DNA of 64,000 nucleotides from Trichoplax adhaerens (lineage: Eukaryota > Animalia > Placozoa). The notes below the pieces were generated by a model. That model ran no database searches. It saw only the letters and a program-made list of their open reading frames with translations, and was not told the DNA's origin. Location of the stretch: NCBI RefSeq assembly GCF_000150275.1, contig NW_002060947.1:10494-74493 (forward strand), read 5' to 3'. The translations under genes and the position numbers were made by a program. Positions 1 through 13,000 of this stretch are shown here, one piece after another; positions within the stretch are counted from its first letter, which is position 1, and the number at the start of each line of letters is the position of its first letter.

Positions 1-1504
1 GAGAAGGGGATTTATAACATGACGATAAAGTACTGTAATGTAGTCTATACTCGTACAGTTACAGTACAATCTGACGCTAAAACATCAACTGTCAATACTC
101 GCGAATACTAAGCGATACTAATGTCAGAAAAGTAGTCGTAGTAGTCATATAAATTTTTTTGATAAGCGATTACTGTGATCTTCATAAAAAGCGAATTTTT
201 CCGGATTTGTGTCCGATATAGTTTTCGGATTCTGGGACCGGTCGGGTTTGTGTCCGATATAATTTTCCTGTTTTGGAACCGGTCGGGTTTATTTTTAATT
301 TATGTCTGAATTATAATTTTTCTGTTTTAATTTTTGGATTTTTGTTCATGAAAAATATCGTAAGAGTTGATTTTTAAGATTTGGACTTTTTGTTATGAAT
401 TTGAAACTTTGGAATTTTATGACGTGACTTGAAGTCACATTAGGAGATTTAGTGAGGAAAATAGAAAATAAGATGGAAATTGGCAGAGGTTGTGTTGATT
501 GTTAGGTAGTTAGAATGTTGTTTTTATGACTAAATCTTGATGTTTAAAGGTTGATTTTTAGCTTTTTATAGTGTATTAATGATAGAAATTATGTTAGAAA
601 TGAAGTTTGATGTATTTTTATAGTTAGCTTGTTACTTTTATAGTGTTTTGTAAGGGAATCGTAGGGTAAATTGTGTCTGAACTTTGAATGATTTTTGTTT
701 TCTTAAATGGTGCAAAGTAGTTTTCTAAAACGGATCTTAAAAGCGATTGGTTAGCAAATGTTTAGTTTTAAATATCTCTGACGGCTCTACGAAGCCTATA
801 AATGATAGTGCAATTAGAAAATTTAGAAGGAGAGTAGAAGAAGATTTGATTTGAAGAACTTGTTAAATTTAAAAGGCCTTCGGGGTCGAATTGTCGTAAG
901 TTAAAACGTTCTTCTTTTTGAAAGGTTGTTTGGTCGTTGACAGTTTTTAAGTCTGTCATTTATTTTAATAATACTTAAAGCTAAGTATTTGTAAGGTTGT
1001 TCGGTTTATACTTCTCTCCATTTTTGTTTTGAAATAAATTGTTGTTCGGTTATTTCCCCAAATTTTATTTGGTGTCAAAGTATTAGCGTTAAGTCGACCG
1101 GAGTGCAACGAAAGTAGAATCAAAGTTTGTTAAAGTTTCGTAGCTTGATCTCTACATATTTCATTTCATTACAGTAACTGCAATGTAATGATAAGTTAAT
1201 CTACAAGAAAAAGCAACTTAATATTAAGGTATTTGGTTGATGTGTTCACATAATGTATATAACCAAGTTTATTCCTGACATTTCCGTAAATAAATAATTA
1301 GTCAATGTTTAAATAGTGATATTACATTATACGAATTTAGTGAAAGTTTAATCTTCCTTACGAATCTGCCTTACTATGCGACCAAAATTATAGTCTCAAT
1401 CTTGTATGATAATTGACTAATTGAATCTATTATTACAAATGAGTAACTTTAATAGGAAAAAGATAAAAATGAAACATTAAATACGCACTTCCATAGAAAA
1501 CTCT

Positions 1505-2856
1505 TTGTAACGAAACTGAATATTGTGATTGTAGACATTTCGCTATGCTTAGTAAGATGTATGGAAGCACAACTTTCTGTAGTTATCTTAAGACATATTT
1601 GGTAGCTCGCAGCTATGGATTGCAATGGTAGATTCTATGTTATAGTGTAGATGGCTATATATAGTAAGGTGTTGCGTCACTATTAAGGCTAGAGCTAAAA
1701 ATAGGACTGTAATTCATATATTAGGATATGCTTAGTTTACCGCGCTTTGACTGCTAAGAATAATATCTACTGGAATACTGTAGTTTTTTCTATATCGGTT
1801 TAATGATGGTTTGCTGTAAAATATTGTTACTAATAATAATTTGACTATGTATAAATTAAGGTTAAATGTTGCTATGCTGATTGTAGCTGTGACTGCTACG
1901 AAATGTACAGTATATAAGCTAGCAACTTTAGACTATTCAGTTAGTTGTTTCTAGAAGTCTTTCAGTAGTTGTATTTGGCTAGAGTAGAGCTGTGTTTAGC
2001 TAGTTTTTGTATTAGATCTAATAAAGTTCTAATTTTCTACAACTTGGGATATTTGTGATTGGATTTTATCACACTGTTACGGTTAATTTGATTGATCAAC
2101 CCGAAAAATGCATTGAATGCAACTGTTATGGATACTATGACTTTTATGAATGCTATAATTAGAAATTAAGGCTTTCTCAATTTTTATTCTTTCATCGTTA
2201 TATTTGTCTGGTAATAATAATTGTGGAAGAATAATAAATCAAGCACAATGATGATAAAAAAAAATATATAAAGAAATGCAGTATTATTATGAATATGTGT
2301 GATATATACCGATCACGAAATTCCAAATTTTAGAAAAATAAAGGCTTTATTAAATCTTATACAAAGATTAACTGCACACAGTTCTACTCTAGGCGAATAC
2401 TACTACTAAAGACTTCTAGAACGAACTAACTGAATAATCTAAAGTTGCATGCTTTTATACTTTTCGTAGCATTCGCAGCTACAATCTGCATGACAACCTT
2501 TTACCTTATTTTACACATAGTAAAATTATTCTCAGTAACACTATTCTACAGCGGACCGTCATTAATCCTATATGGATACGACTGCAGTACAGTATTTATG
2601 TAGACATTATTCACACCAGCCAAAGTACAATGAATTAACCATATCCTAATATATGATTTACTGTTCTATTTTTACCTATAACCTTATTAGTAACTCAACA
2701 CCTTACTGTATATAGTCATCTGTACTATAGCATAAAGTCTATACCACTACAGTCTATAGTTATGGCTACCAAATGTCTCATAGGATAAATATCTACCGCA
2801 CATTATGCTAAACATGGCTAACAGTCTACAATCACAACACTAAGTTACATTACAAT
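1505..2856 (+). repeat. Long imperfect inverted repeat/fold-back (arms ~1505-2075 and ~2295-2856; inner stem ~2170-2206/2240-2280)
   Basis: The reverse complement of 2621-2720 aligns without gaps to ~1650-1740, and that of 2311-2500 to ~1855-2060. Identity is roughly 75-85% by eye. Confidence 0.9.
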
Positions 2857-3012
2857 GTGTTATGCACTAATTCGTCATTCCATTTTCAGTTTTGACAAGT
2901 AAATTTTTAGAACGCTGACTGTAGAACTTCAATTTAACAACCGTAATTTCTATATAGCTTGACTATTATTTTTACATCAATTTACTCTTATAACTTATCT
3001 ATACTTTAAAAT

Positions 3013-3957
3013 ATGAATAAATCTAATAGTACGATTTATAGCCAGTGGATAGGCTTACAATTACATCGATACGTTGTTATATTTGCTATTCCGATCGCTT
3101 TTATTGGTCTTATTCTTAACATAACAGTGGCTTATCTCTTACGGACAGATAAGTATTTCAAGAAAATCTCTTATCGACTTATACTCGTTTCAGTTATATC
3201 CGACACTGTTTCTTCTATCGTAACCGTAATTATTTGTATTTATATAGCTACTGATAGTGTAAATTATTATCAAGGTACAATAATTTGTCGTGTAACTTTA
3301 TTTATTGTCTTTTCGTCATTTGGAATTTCTATTATGAATCTATCATTAATTAGTGTTAATCGTTATTTCGTAATAGCAAAACCGTTGTCGGTATTCTATC
3401 GAAAGCATAAGATCAAACTTCTTATATTAAGTGAACTACTTATTTCTATAACATCAATAGCAATATCGTCGCCTTTCTTAGTCTACACAGCTGTTCATCC
3501 TCATTCAACAACGCTTTGTGATTATCCTGATATTACACAAGCTGTAGCAATTTATGAAATTATGTTTGCCGTTATTATGTATATCATTCCAGTCTCGATT
3601 ATGATTATCATGTATTCAAAACTGATTATTATTCATAAGAATCATATACAACCTGGCTATAGAACATCGAATCAGATAGAATTAGAGAGAGTACGAAAGA
3701 AACGATTTACTAAAACTTTAATGAGCATCACATTTTGTACAGCATTACTTACTTGGCCACAATTTGCCACGGCAATCGGAACAGCAATAACTCGTAAATC
3801 AGTCTACGAAATATCGTTAGAAAGTACTATTCTATATGTGTTTATTTACTTCGGTACAGCATTAACTTCATCGATATCAGTTTTAAATCCGTTGATCTTA
3901 ATAAAATTTGATAGCCAGATTAGGCAGGATTTTTTTAAATTATTAAAAAAGTACTGA
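3013..3957 (+). CDS. Intronless class A (rhodopsin-like) orphan GPCR, 314 aa
   Basis: Seven hydrophobic segments; TM1 GxxLN; TM2 SD; TM3 Cys and NRY (DRY variant); ECL2 Cys; TM5 YIIP; TM6 LLTWP; TM7 LNPLI; helix-8 FDSQIRQDF. Confidence 0.9.
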   Translation: MNKSNSTIYSQWIGLQLHRYVVIFAIPIAFIGLILNITVAYLLRTDKYFKKISYRLILVSVISDTVSSIVTVIICIYIATDSVNYYQGTIICRVTLFIVFSSFGISIMNLSLISVNRYFVIAKPLSVFYRKHKIKLLILSELLISITSIAISSPFLVYTAVHPHSTTLCDYPDITQAVAIYEIMFAVIMYIIPVSIMIIMYSKLIIIHKNHIQPGYRTSNQIELERVRKKRFTKTLMSITFCTALLTWPQFATAIGTAITRKSVYEISLESTILYVFIYFGTALTSSISVLNPLILIKFDSQIRQDFFKLLKKY

Positions 3958-4827
3958 TAATAACAAGTACAATATAATTAACTATATGATAGCTGTATCG
4001 TTTTCCGTATCTTTTCTTAAATCTAATTTATACTATTGTGTGTTCCCGTTAAGAGCTAAATTTATAATTTGTCACTAGATGTACGGTATATAAACCTATC
4101 TAGTTTTGGCTGTACCGTAAGAATATGAAGACCTTGACATACAATTACTTTACTTCAATATACTCTTTATGCTACAAATCAAATTTAAGCATTTCATAAC
4201 ATCCCTCATTCATCTTTTCTTTATTTGTATCCGACATTATGATGTGGAATGCCTAAAATGATGTCGTCTTGATTAGACTCTAATGTTTACAGAGATATTT
4301 TATGATGTGATTGGGTCAGACGCTTAATATTATCTACCTTAGCCAATGCTAGAAATTATCATTATCATTATATGGAGAAAGACTTCTACCGCTGTATTTA
4401 TAACGGAACAGTGGCTTAGTTAACATTGGTAGTGTGTATAAATAGACAACCCGGTAGTTATTTTAAAATTTTGTAAATTATCCTTTAGTATCGTAGATAC
4501 GTAACATTTAACTTGTATTGTAATTTGTATGATGTTGGTAATACACTATAAGTCAGTATTGTAATCAGAGTACTATGCATTGGTATAAATACTCGATCAT
4601 CCTAAGAATATGGTTTAATTCTTTTTACGTCGCTTTACTTCACGTTACGTCTTAATACTAGCTCTTATGCGTTAGTCAAACTTGTAACACACATACTGTC
4701 GCTTAAATAAAACGACTTAAACCACTATCATTCGATCTATCTCCACGCTCTTCACTACTATAAACGTATCATGGCTACTACAAATCCGCCTGCAGAGCTG
4801 GCCAATTTCAAAGAACCCACATCACTA

Positions 4828-6946
4828 TGTAGTAAAAGGACTAAAAGTAGAGTCCTTTGTAGTTTTTTTTGTATGTAATTAGTATTATTTTACTATAGAA
4901 AATACCTACAAAGTGATAGTGTCTTTAAGTTTTACCCTGCCAAATCATCATGTCGCCATCTTTTCTTCTTCATTATTTTACAAGGTATTATATAGATTAC
5001 TATAGAAGTAGCCCTATAGAGCAAATGCCTAATCTAAAGAAAGGGCGTTTGATCGTCTATTCAAATTGTAAAGAAATTTGACTTAGTAGCAAAACCCTAT
5101 CCTTAGAGAAAGGGGATTTATAACATGACGATAAAGTACTGTAATGTAGTCTATACTCGTACAGTTACAGTACAATCTGACGCTAAAACATCAACTGTCA
5201 ATACTCGCGAATACTAAGCGATACTAATGTCAGAAAAGTAGTCTTAGTAGTCATATAAATTTTTTTGATAAGCGATTACTGTGATCTTCAAAAAAAGCGA
5301 ATTTTTCCGGATTTGTGTCCAATATAGTTTTCGGATTCTGGGACCGGTCGGGTTTGTGTCCGATATAATTTTCCTGTTTTGGAACCGGTCGGGTTTATTT
5401 TTAATTTATGTCTGAATTATAATTTTTGGATTTTTGTTCATGAAAAATATCGTAAGAGTTGATTTTTGAGATTTGGACTTTTTGTTATGAATTTGAAACT
5501 TTGCAATTTTATGACGTGACTTGAAGTCACATTAGGAGATTTAGTGAGGAAAATAGAAAATAAGATGGAAATTGGCAGAGGTTGTGTTGATTGTTAAGTA
5601 GTTAGAATGTTGTTTTTATGACTAAATCTTGATGTTTAAAGGTTGATTTTTAGACTTTTATAGTGTATTAATGATAGAAATTATGTTAGAAATGAAGTTT
5701 GATGTATTTTTATAGTTAGCTTGTTACTTTTATAGTGTTTTGTAAGGGAATCGTAGGGTAAATTGTGTCTGAACTTTGAATGATTTTTGTTTTCTTAAAT
5801 GGTGCAAAGTAGTTTTCTAAAACGGATCTTAAGAGCGATTGGTTAGCAAATGTTTAGTTTTAAATATCTCTGNNNNNNNNNNNNNNNNNNNNNNNNNNNN
5901 NNNNNNNNNNNNNNNNNNNNNNTCTACGAAATATCGCTTAGAAAGTACTATTCTATATGTGTTTATTTACTTCGGTACAGCGTTACTTCATCGATATCAG
6001 TTTTAATCCGTTGATCTTAATAAAATTTGATAGCCAGATTAGGCAGGATTTTTTTAAATTATTAAAAAAGTATTGATAATAACAAGTACAATATAATTAA
6101 CTATATGATAGCTGTATCGTTTTCCGTATCTTTTCTTAAATCTAATTTATACTATTGTGTGTTCCCGTTAAGAGCTAAATTTATAATTTGTCACTAGATG
6201 TACGGTATATAAACCTATCTAGTTTTGGCTGTACCGTAAGAATATGAAGACCTTGACATACAATTACTTTACTTCAATATACTCTTTATGCTACAAATCA
6301 AATTTAAGCATTTCATAACATCCCTCATTCATCTTTTCTTTATTTGTATCCGACGTTATGATGTGGAATGCCTAAAATGATGTCGTCTTGATTAGACTCT
6401 AATGTTTACAGAGATATTTTATGATGTGAATGGGTCAGACGCTTAATATTATCTACCTTAGCCAATGCTAGAAATTATCATTATCATTATATGGAGAAAG
6501 ACTTCTACCGCTGTATTTATAACGGAACAGTGGCTTAGTTAACATTGGTAGTGTGTATAAATAGACAACCCGGTAGTTATTTTAAAATTTTGTAAATTAT
6601 CCTTTAGTATCGTAGATACGTAACATTTAACTTGTATTGTAATTTGTATGATGTTGGTAATACACTATAAGTCAGTATTGTAATCACAGTACTATGCATT
6701 GGTATAAATACTCGATCATCCTAAGAATATGGTTTAATTCTCTTTACGTCGCTTTACTTCACGTTACGTCTTAATACTAGCTCTTATACGTTAGTCAAAC
6801 TTGTAACACACATACTGTCGCTTAAATAAAACGACTTAAACCACTATCATTCGATCTATCTCCACGCTCTTCACTACTATAAACGTATCATGGCTACTAC
6901 AAATCCGCCTGCAGAGCTGGCCAATTTCAAAGAACCGACATCACTA
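4828..6946. repeat. Copy 2 of the tandem unit (gap 5873-5922), with the 3' end of a second GPCR copy at 5923-~6076
   Basis: Direct match to copy 1. The GPCR 3' fragment has small indels close to the contig edge (sequencing error or pseudogenisation). Confidence 0.85.
5873..5922. other. Assembly gap (50 N), probably standing for ~3 kb of the repeat unit
   Basis: Run of N; its flanks correspond to positions 782 and 3803 of copy 1. Confidence 0.9.
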
Positions 6947-9900
6947 CAATCCTGTATTAGCCATATAAATTCATCGTAATGTGCTAAACAGGCTAAATAA
7001 AATATCAGTTAATGATTAATACGACAATAAGTTTGCTTTTCATCAATTAACCCAAGCCCTATTGTAAATATTCCTCAACTTTGTTTTTAAAACAAACTTG
7101 CTTCAACTGCAACTAAATTGAATTACAATCAATTTATGAAAGTATAATCAGTTGACTTATTAATTTAATTTCTAGATGTGTACAATAATGAAAAATTGGG
7201 TCTGGACATACTCTCATTCCGATCCAACTTGAATCATGCTTAAAATCTTACTAAATTATTACATAGCACTAATTGAAAATATTTTTTTAGTCCATCGCTG
7301 CTTTATTATTTATTTTATTTTGTGTTAACTAGCTTGTATACAGTATTGTCCTCGAATCTTATGTAGGCTATATTCTTAGTTAAGGACCATATAGCTTAGC
7401 TCTACTATACTAGCTAGTTCTAGCTCTGTCGATTGGTATCACAAGCCTGTATGGTAATCCTTCCCGTTGTTGCGATTAACGTCATTCCTTAACATCACCG
7501 TAATACATTATCGACATTCTAATACGATGCTGCACGCTATATACTGTATAATGTATGTACTGTATTTACTTGTATTGACTCAATCCAAGCCACATTATCG
7601 CAACACTCGTATACAGCGCATTCGGTATATTACAATAATGTAACAAATAAGAGCTTTAATATTCTGGGTTTAAAGGTAAACCTAGATCAAATAAGCAGCT
7701 GCATGCACTTACTAGCTAATATATTAGATACTGATAGAACATAATACTACCAACAAAGTGAGCATGGTAAAATTTATAAGCATTTTTTTAGATTCTACGT
7801 AAAGGTATAATACATCTTGGACTACCTTGAGCAGGAGTTTAACAAATCCTATGCTTAGAATGAAATTAGAAACTATTATGCACTTTGTGAAGTCATAATT
7901 TAAGCTAAAATAAATTAAGTGGGAAATAGCTATCTTTACTTCTTATAAAACAGCAATAGCTGTCAAACTTATTTTGAAAGAAGCCAAATCTATAGCTAAA
8001 ACATGGATCAATACTCAAAATATTAAGCAAAATAAACAGATTCTCCTACTGCGACCAATCAAACTAGCAATAAAGAAATAGCATAATAGCTTATTGTTAG
8101 CTACAGAACCATGGTTAGACTTTATAACTCTTGTATTCCTCTATTTCTCTATTAATGTATCGAACTATACCACCTTTCCATATTCTTTCGCATATGCTAT
8201 CATATATTTAATTAATTCTCCAAAATGATTGAAATTGATCTGGCAAATATTCATACAAGCTCGAAAAGATTATACCATAGATTTCCTTGGATTAATCAAT
8301 TAATTAGTGAACTAACCACAGATAAATCTGTTTACAATCAACAATTATAGAATACTTGTGCACGATAGAAAGCCTGGTCAAGCCAACATCAGTAAACTAA
8401 ATCCAGATAAAAGGATCTGTTTACAGTAATCATACGCGTAAATCAGGATATTGTACAGCAATATAATTTTGCATAATTTATAAACAAAGTTGGTAATCAT
8501 TTTAGTAAAGGATAGCAGTTCAATTAATGTTTAGATTAAATGTCCGTTCAGGTGAGATTAATTGACAAGCTCAAGCTTATACTAAAATTTTTTTTTAATT
8601 CCTAGTGATTTTCTTATACCATTTGAGCTAATAATAGATTTAAACTGAGTTTAAATTGTCGTATTTGTAGTAATTTAATTGAGTTGACATCTTCTAATCT
8701 GATGTCTACTTTTGACTTATTTAATGTTTATCTTATTTAAGTTCATATATAAAGCCACAATGAAGATAGAGATTGTTGGTTGTGTGCTATTGCTATTATC
8801 TCTGAGTCATTCTAGAAGGGGAGTTCTAAGCAGTTTAGCGATTAGGAGAGTACAGTGCGATACTTTAGCTAATGTTACTTGAAAGAGTTGTGACAGATTG
8901 TATCCCAGGCAAGACTATCGCAATATATATAAAAAATGATTATAAATATAAATAAACAAAATGGCAAATTTTCTGGGTAGAGAATGATTAAGAAAAAAGG
9001 GATACCACAGGCCATTGATGTAAATATACATTCAATTACGGTACATTCATGGAAAGTTTCAAAACAGAATTCTAATATATAGTTGCATTTAAAGCTGAGC
9101 GTCCGCTTTACAATATCATTAATTGGTATAGTGATTCTTCATGCTGTACTGTGCGTTACATGCAGTGCACTGCATACTGACTGTACGAGAGTTTTACCGA
9201 GTATGACAATGATTACGATTTCGTACATTATTTCTGTAGACAATTACTACTATTTCGTAAGCTTTTCCGAGTAAATAACTCAATTTTCATTCTGATTCGA
9301 TAAGTGATTGGTAATTATTTCTTAGTGAAGTACTATACGCGTAGGTGACGAGATTTCACATACTAGATTCTAAGCGATTGTAATTTCTTCAAAATAACCA
9401 CTATCATGTATCACTATATGGCTTTGCTGTCAAGCTTGAGCTTCACGGAATATCAAATGGCGTAGAAAGATTTAACACGACATGAAGTAAGTACCCTGTC
9501 AGTAATTAAAGCCAGTCACAAGCATTTGTAGACGTTAAAGATAAACTTTATTTCGAATGCGTATTTAAGTTTGCTTGAGAACTCACTAATCTATTAGACA
9601 TCCGCACAACTTAGTATCAGTATCAATATGACTTAGCATTACTTCCCTACAACTATCAAACCCAGTAATATTCCAGCTATTCCCATAATATTGCTCTGTT
9701 TAAGCCTTTTTCGATGCCTATCAGTATTACAATTCCATCCAATTAGTGCATATGGTCAAGAGACTGCAGAAACGATTGGATATGAATCACAAGTATAAGC
9801 GAAAGGTAAAGAATCTTTGTTACCATGGTTTCCAAATTTAGGAGGGCTGCTTTGACGTATTTACTTTATTATTGTTTTGTCTCGATGACGCATGCTCGTA

Positions 9901-10011
9901 TCAATTTCACTGCAGACGATACAGATGCAGAGTGTAGATACCCAAATATGTCTTCATGTACTATGATCTTCTATAGACATTTTGTTGACAATTAAGTCAA
10001 CTCTGGATAGG

Positions 10012-13000
10012 ATGACTTTAACTGCAATTGACGTTGCCATTACTACCGTTACAAAAATGTCCCAACAAGTCAAAATTCATGTAAGTGGTTAGAATCGATC
10101 AAATTAATCGAAATTATGGCTAATCGAGCAACCTTAAACGCCCAGGGTAGAGCGTATTCGTATCCGGATTAAAAAATTACTTACTACAATGATTTATTCT
10201 TGAGTAAAGATGAAATCCTTCTTTCATCTTTCACTTCATAGGATAGATTAATATCGCATTCTCTCAGTAGAATGGATAACTTTATGTAGAAAATATTATT
10301 ACTGTTTGTATATTCTTTAATCGATGTCATATGTAGTAGTCTTAAAGTAGATACAATGTTTGTTAAAATATCTTATTTGTAGGTAGAATAAAGTTTTTGT
10401 TCCATGCTATTTTCCGTTAATCCAGTATGCTGATATATTATTCCTGCAGTTGGTTGTTGTAATATGATTAGCTGTATCTTGATGATTAGTAAATATAGAA
10501 GTGAGTTATATAGTTGTATAGTCAACAATTTAATAAATTAGTAAATGCTTACTTATCTACCTGATGCAATACGTATTTGACAACGTCGGATCGTAATGAA
10601 ACTATTCTCAAAGTGAAGGTATCATTAGGTGCCCCTTAACGTATCGTTAGCCAAAAATATCAAAATTTTATTAGGGAACGCCTGATGGAGCAACAAGAAG
10701 AGCGGAAAAGGATATCAGATAAAGCTAAAGAGAAACAAATATTTCGCGAAAATAATAAAAGAAGGAAGTAAGTAAAATGAGTTGCGATAGCTAGATTTCT
10801 GCGAGACGACAAATGGTAAAATGTGTTTCTCTTGCCTAGATCGAAAGTGGTAATTTCTACACTATCCAATCATTTGTTATATAGGCAATATGAACAACAA
10901 AAAATGAAGAAATTAAAGAAAGAAGCAGAAGAACGTGAGCGATTATTAGCTAGTAGAAGAAGAAAGATAGGCCAAGAAGTAAATAAAATGCGAAGTGTTG
11001 TTAGACAACAGGATGATGAGAGTGAGAATAAAGGTAATCAGTTTATTTTTTAATTGATTCAGTACAGTAGTTTAATGTCCTATGTTTCTCCTACTTAATT
11101 ATCTGTTCTCAATTGCTTCTAGTTAGTCTCATGCGGTACTTCTATGCACATTAAATATTTAAGCTTGAATAGTTAAATTTTTGCGTTATCTCGTGATACA
11201 GTATATGATACTATTCTATCTTTTAATACTAACGTATAAGATAGAGCATCATTCTATCCTACAGGTCTAAACTTTCTCATCATTGCTTCTTTAACTAAAT
11301 TATTTAGTGGCTAAGTATCTACGCTCTTTGAATCTTTGAGTGCTGATAACATCAATTACTACTATATGAATATCCACATACTCTGTTCTCCCTTTTATTT
11401 CATTTCAATTATCATCTCTTAAAACAGGAGGGAGAATAACGCCAAACCTCATGATTAAACGTGATATTCAATCAAATAAACGAAAAAATAATAGCGCTCA
11501 TGATAAAATTCTTAGTTATTATGAATCGAGTGGGCTAACAAGGCAAGATATTATTCTAGGTGGCAACGAATCTCCAATAAATGATGACTACGATGCTTTG
11601 GCTTATACCGACGAATCTAATAATGTGCCTAAATATCAATCAACAACAATTCGTCCAGAAACATCCAAGCCTAGAGGCAACTCGACCCAGCATAAGAAGG
11701 ACGCGTTTATTAATCAAATTGATGAGATCAATAAAGTGGCAGAAATGGATAGTAATCGACAACAGTTAGATACTGACGATGAGTTATCAAGTGCAGATAG
11801 TCTTGAAATAGGTAGAGTAAGCATTCGAGAGGGTAAATGCACTAGTATAAAAACTAAACCTGAAATTCATTCTCAGCCATCGATGGAAAGCGGCCATGGA
11901 TCGGCTTTGCATAAAAGCAACTCTAACAATTTATTAGCTAATGTTATCGACGATGATGACGACGAACTATTTGATAGCTTAGATTTAACGCCATTTCAGT
12001 TATTGAGGCATCAAAATAGTCCTAATCATCAGGAAAGCGTTAAAATTCCATCACAAAGCAGTAGCATTAGACCATTATCGGCACACCATCGTCAAATAGA
12101 TGCACCGATTCATGATACTCAAGGGGAACATTCTCGAAAAGAGAATGAAATAAGTACTAAATTATCTGATGATGACCATAGACGGCGTGGTCAGAATATC
12201 AATAAAGACGTGGATTCTGAATTACCTCAAACTGGTTATAGCAATACTCAAAACCAGCAAAACTTTACAGATTCTGAGCCTAATCTAAACTTACAAGAAT
12301 CAAAATCTTCTTTAATATTTCCATTACATGATGATGATGATCTCCATACCGTCAGTCAAACTGGTGAAGATACCGGTACCAAGAAAGATCGAATTAGTAG
12401 TGCAAAATCAACTAAATCTGTTCGATTTGCTGATACGGCATCATATCATGGATTATCCGATGTATCTTCACTCTCTGACGACTTTGATGCTACCGTTAGT
12501 GTAATTGTCGATGAGATTAACAAGTTACAATTATCAAATGAAAGAAATCAGCAACAAGATGACGATCATGGCAAACATTATCAAAAGAAGATCAATTATC
12601 ATCAGCGCAATACCGCGAAAGAAAGCGGTCGAATTTCTTCCTCTAAGCAACCAAGTCAAGACGGTTATGACGAAGAAGATGATAAAAGTAGCAATAATGA
12701 TGATTCAGTTGATCCGTGGAAGTTAAGTCAAACGTCTACATCTTCACAATATCAAAATGAAGAGATTGTAGATGTCCAAAGTCAGCTGAATCAATCTTCA
12801 ATATCTCCTCGTCAATATCAGGAACGTCCAAAACAACCAATAGAACGATCTAGAAGTGAAGGATCTTTGCAAGGTAAAATAAAAAGTAATCATTCATTTA
12901 AATCTCTTGCTGCTGTTGAAGATCCTACAAATGACAATGTACCAACAGAAGATGAAGTCAGCTGGCTATGGAATAAAGTACAACAATGTTTAGAGATACC

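Larger units (their letters stand above)
1..4827. repeat. Copy 1 (5'-truncated by the window) of a ~5.1 kb near-identical tandem duplication unit
   Basis: Bases 1-782 recur at ~5105-5872 and 3803-4827 recur at 5923-6946, with only scattered SNPs/indels. The copies diverge after 'catcacta' (4827 vs 6946). Confidence 0.9.

Noticed and set aside
7484-7506. Perfect U12 branch-like TTCCTTAAC followed by ...TAC
   Set aside because: No matching upstream U12 donor or host exons found.
9083-9274. Hydrophobic 63-aa ORF
   Set aside because: TTG start in a eukaryote and no splice or promoter support.
10629-10660. Apparent frameshift in the CEP126-like 5' region
   Set aside because: A plausible 44-nt exon at 10242-10285 restores the phase.
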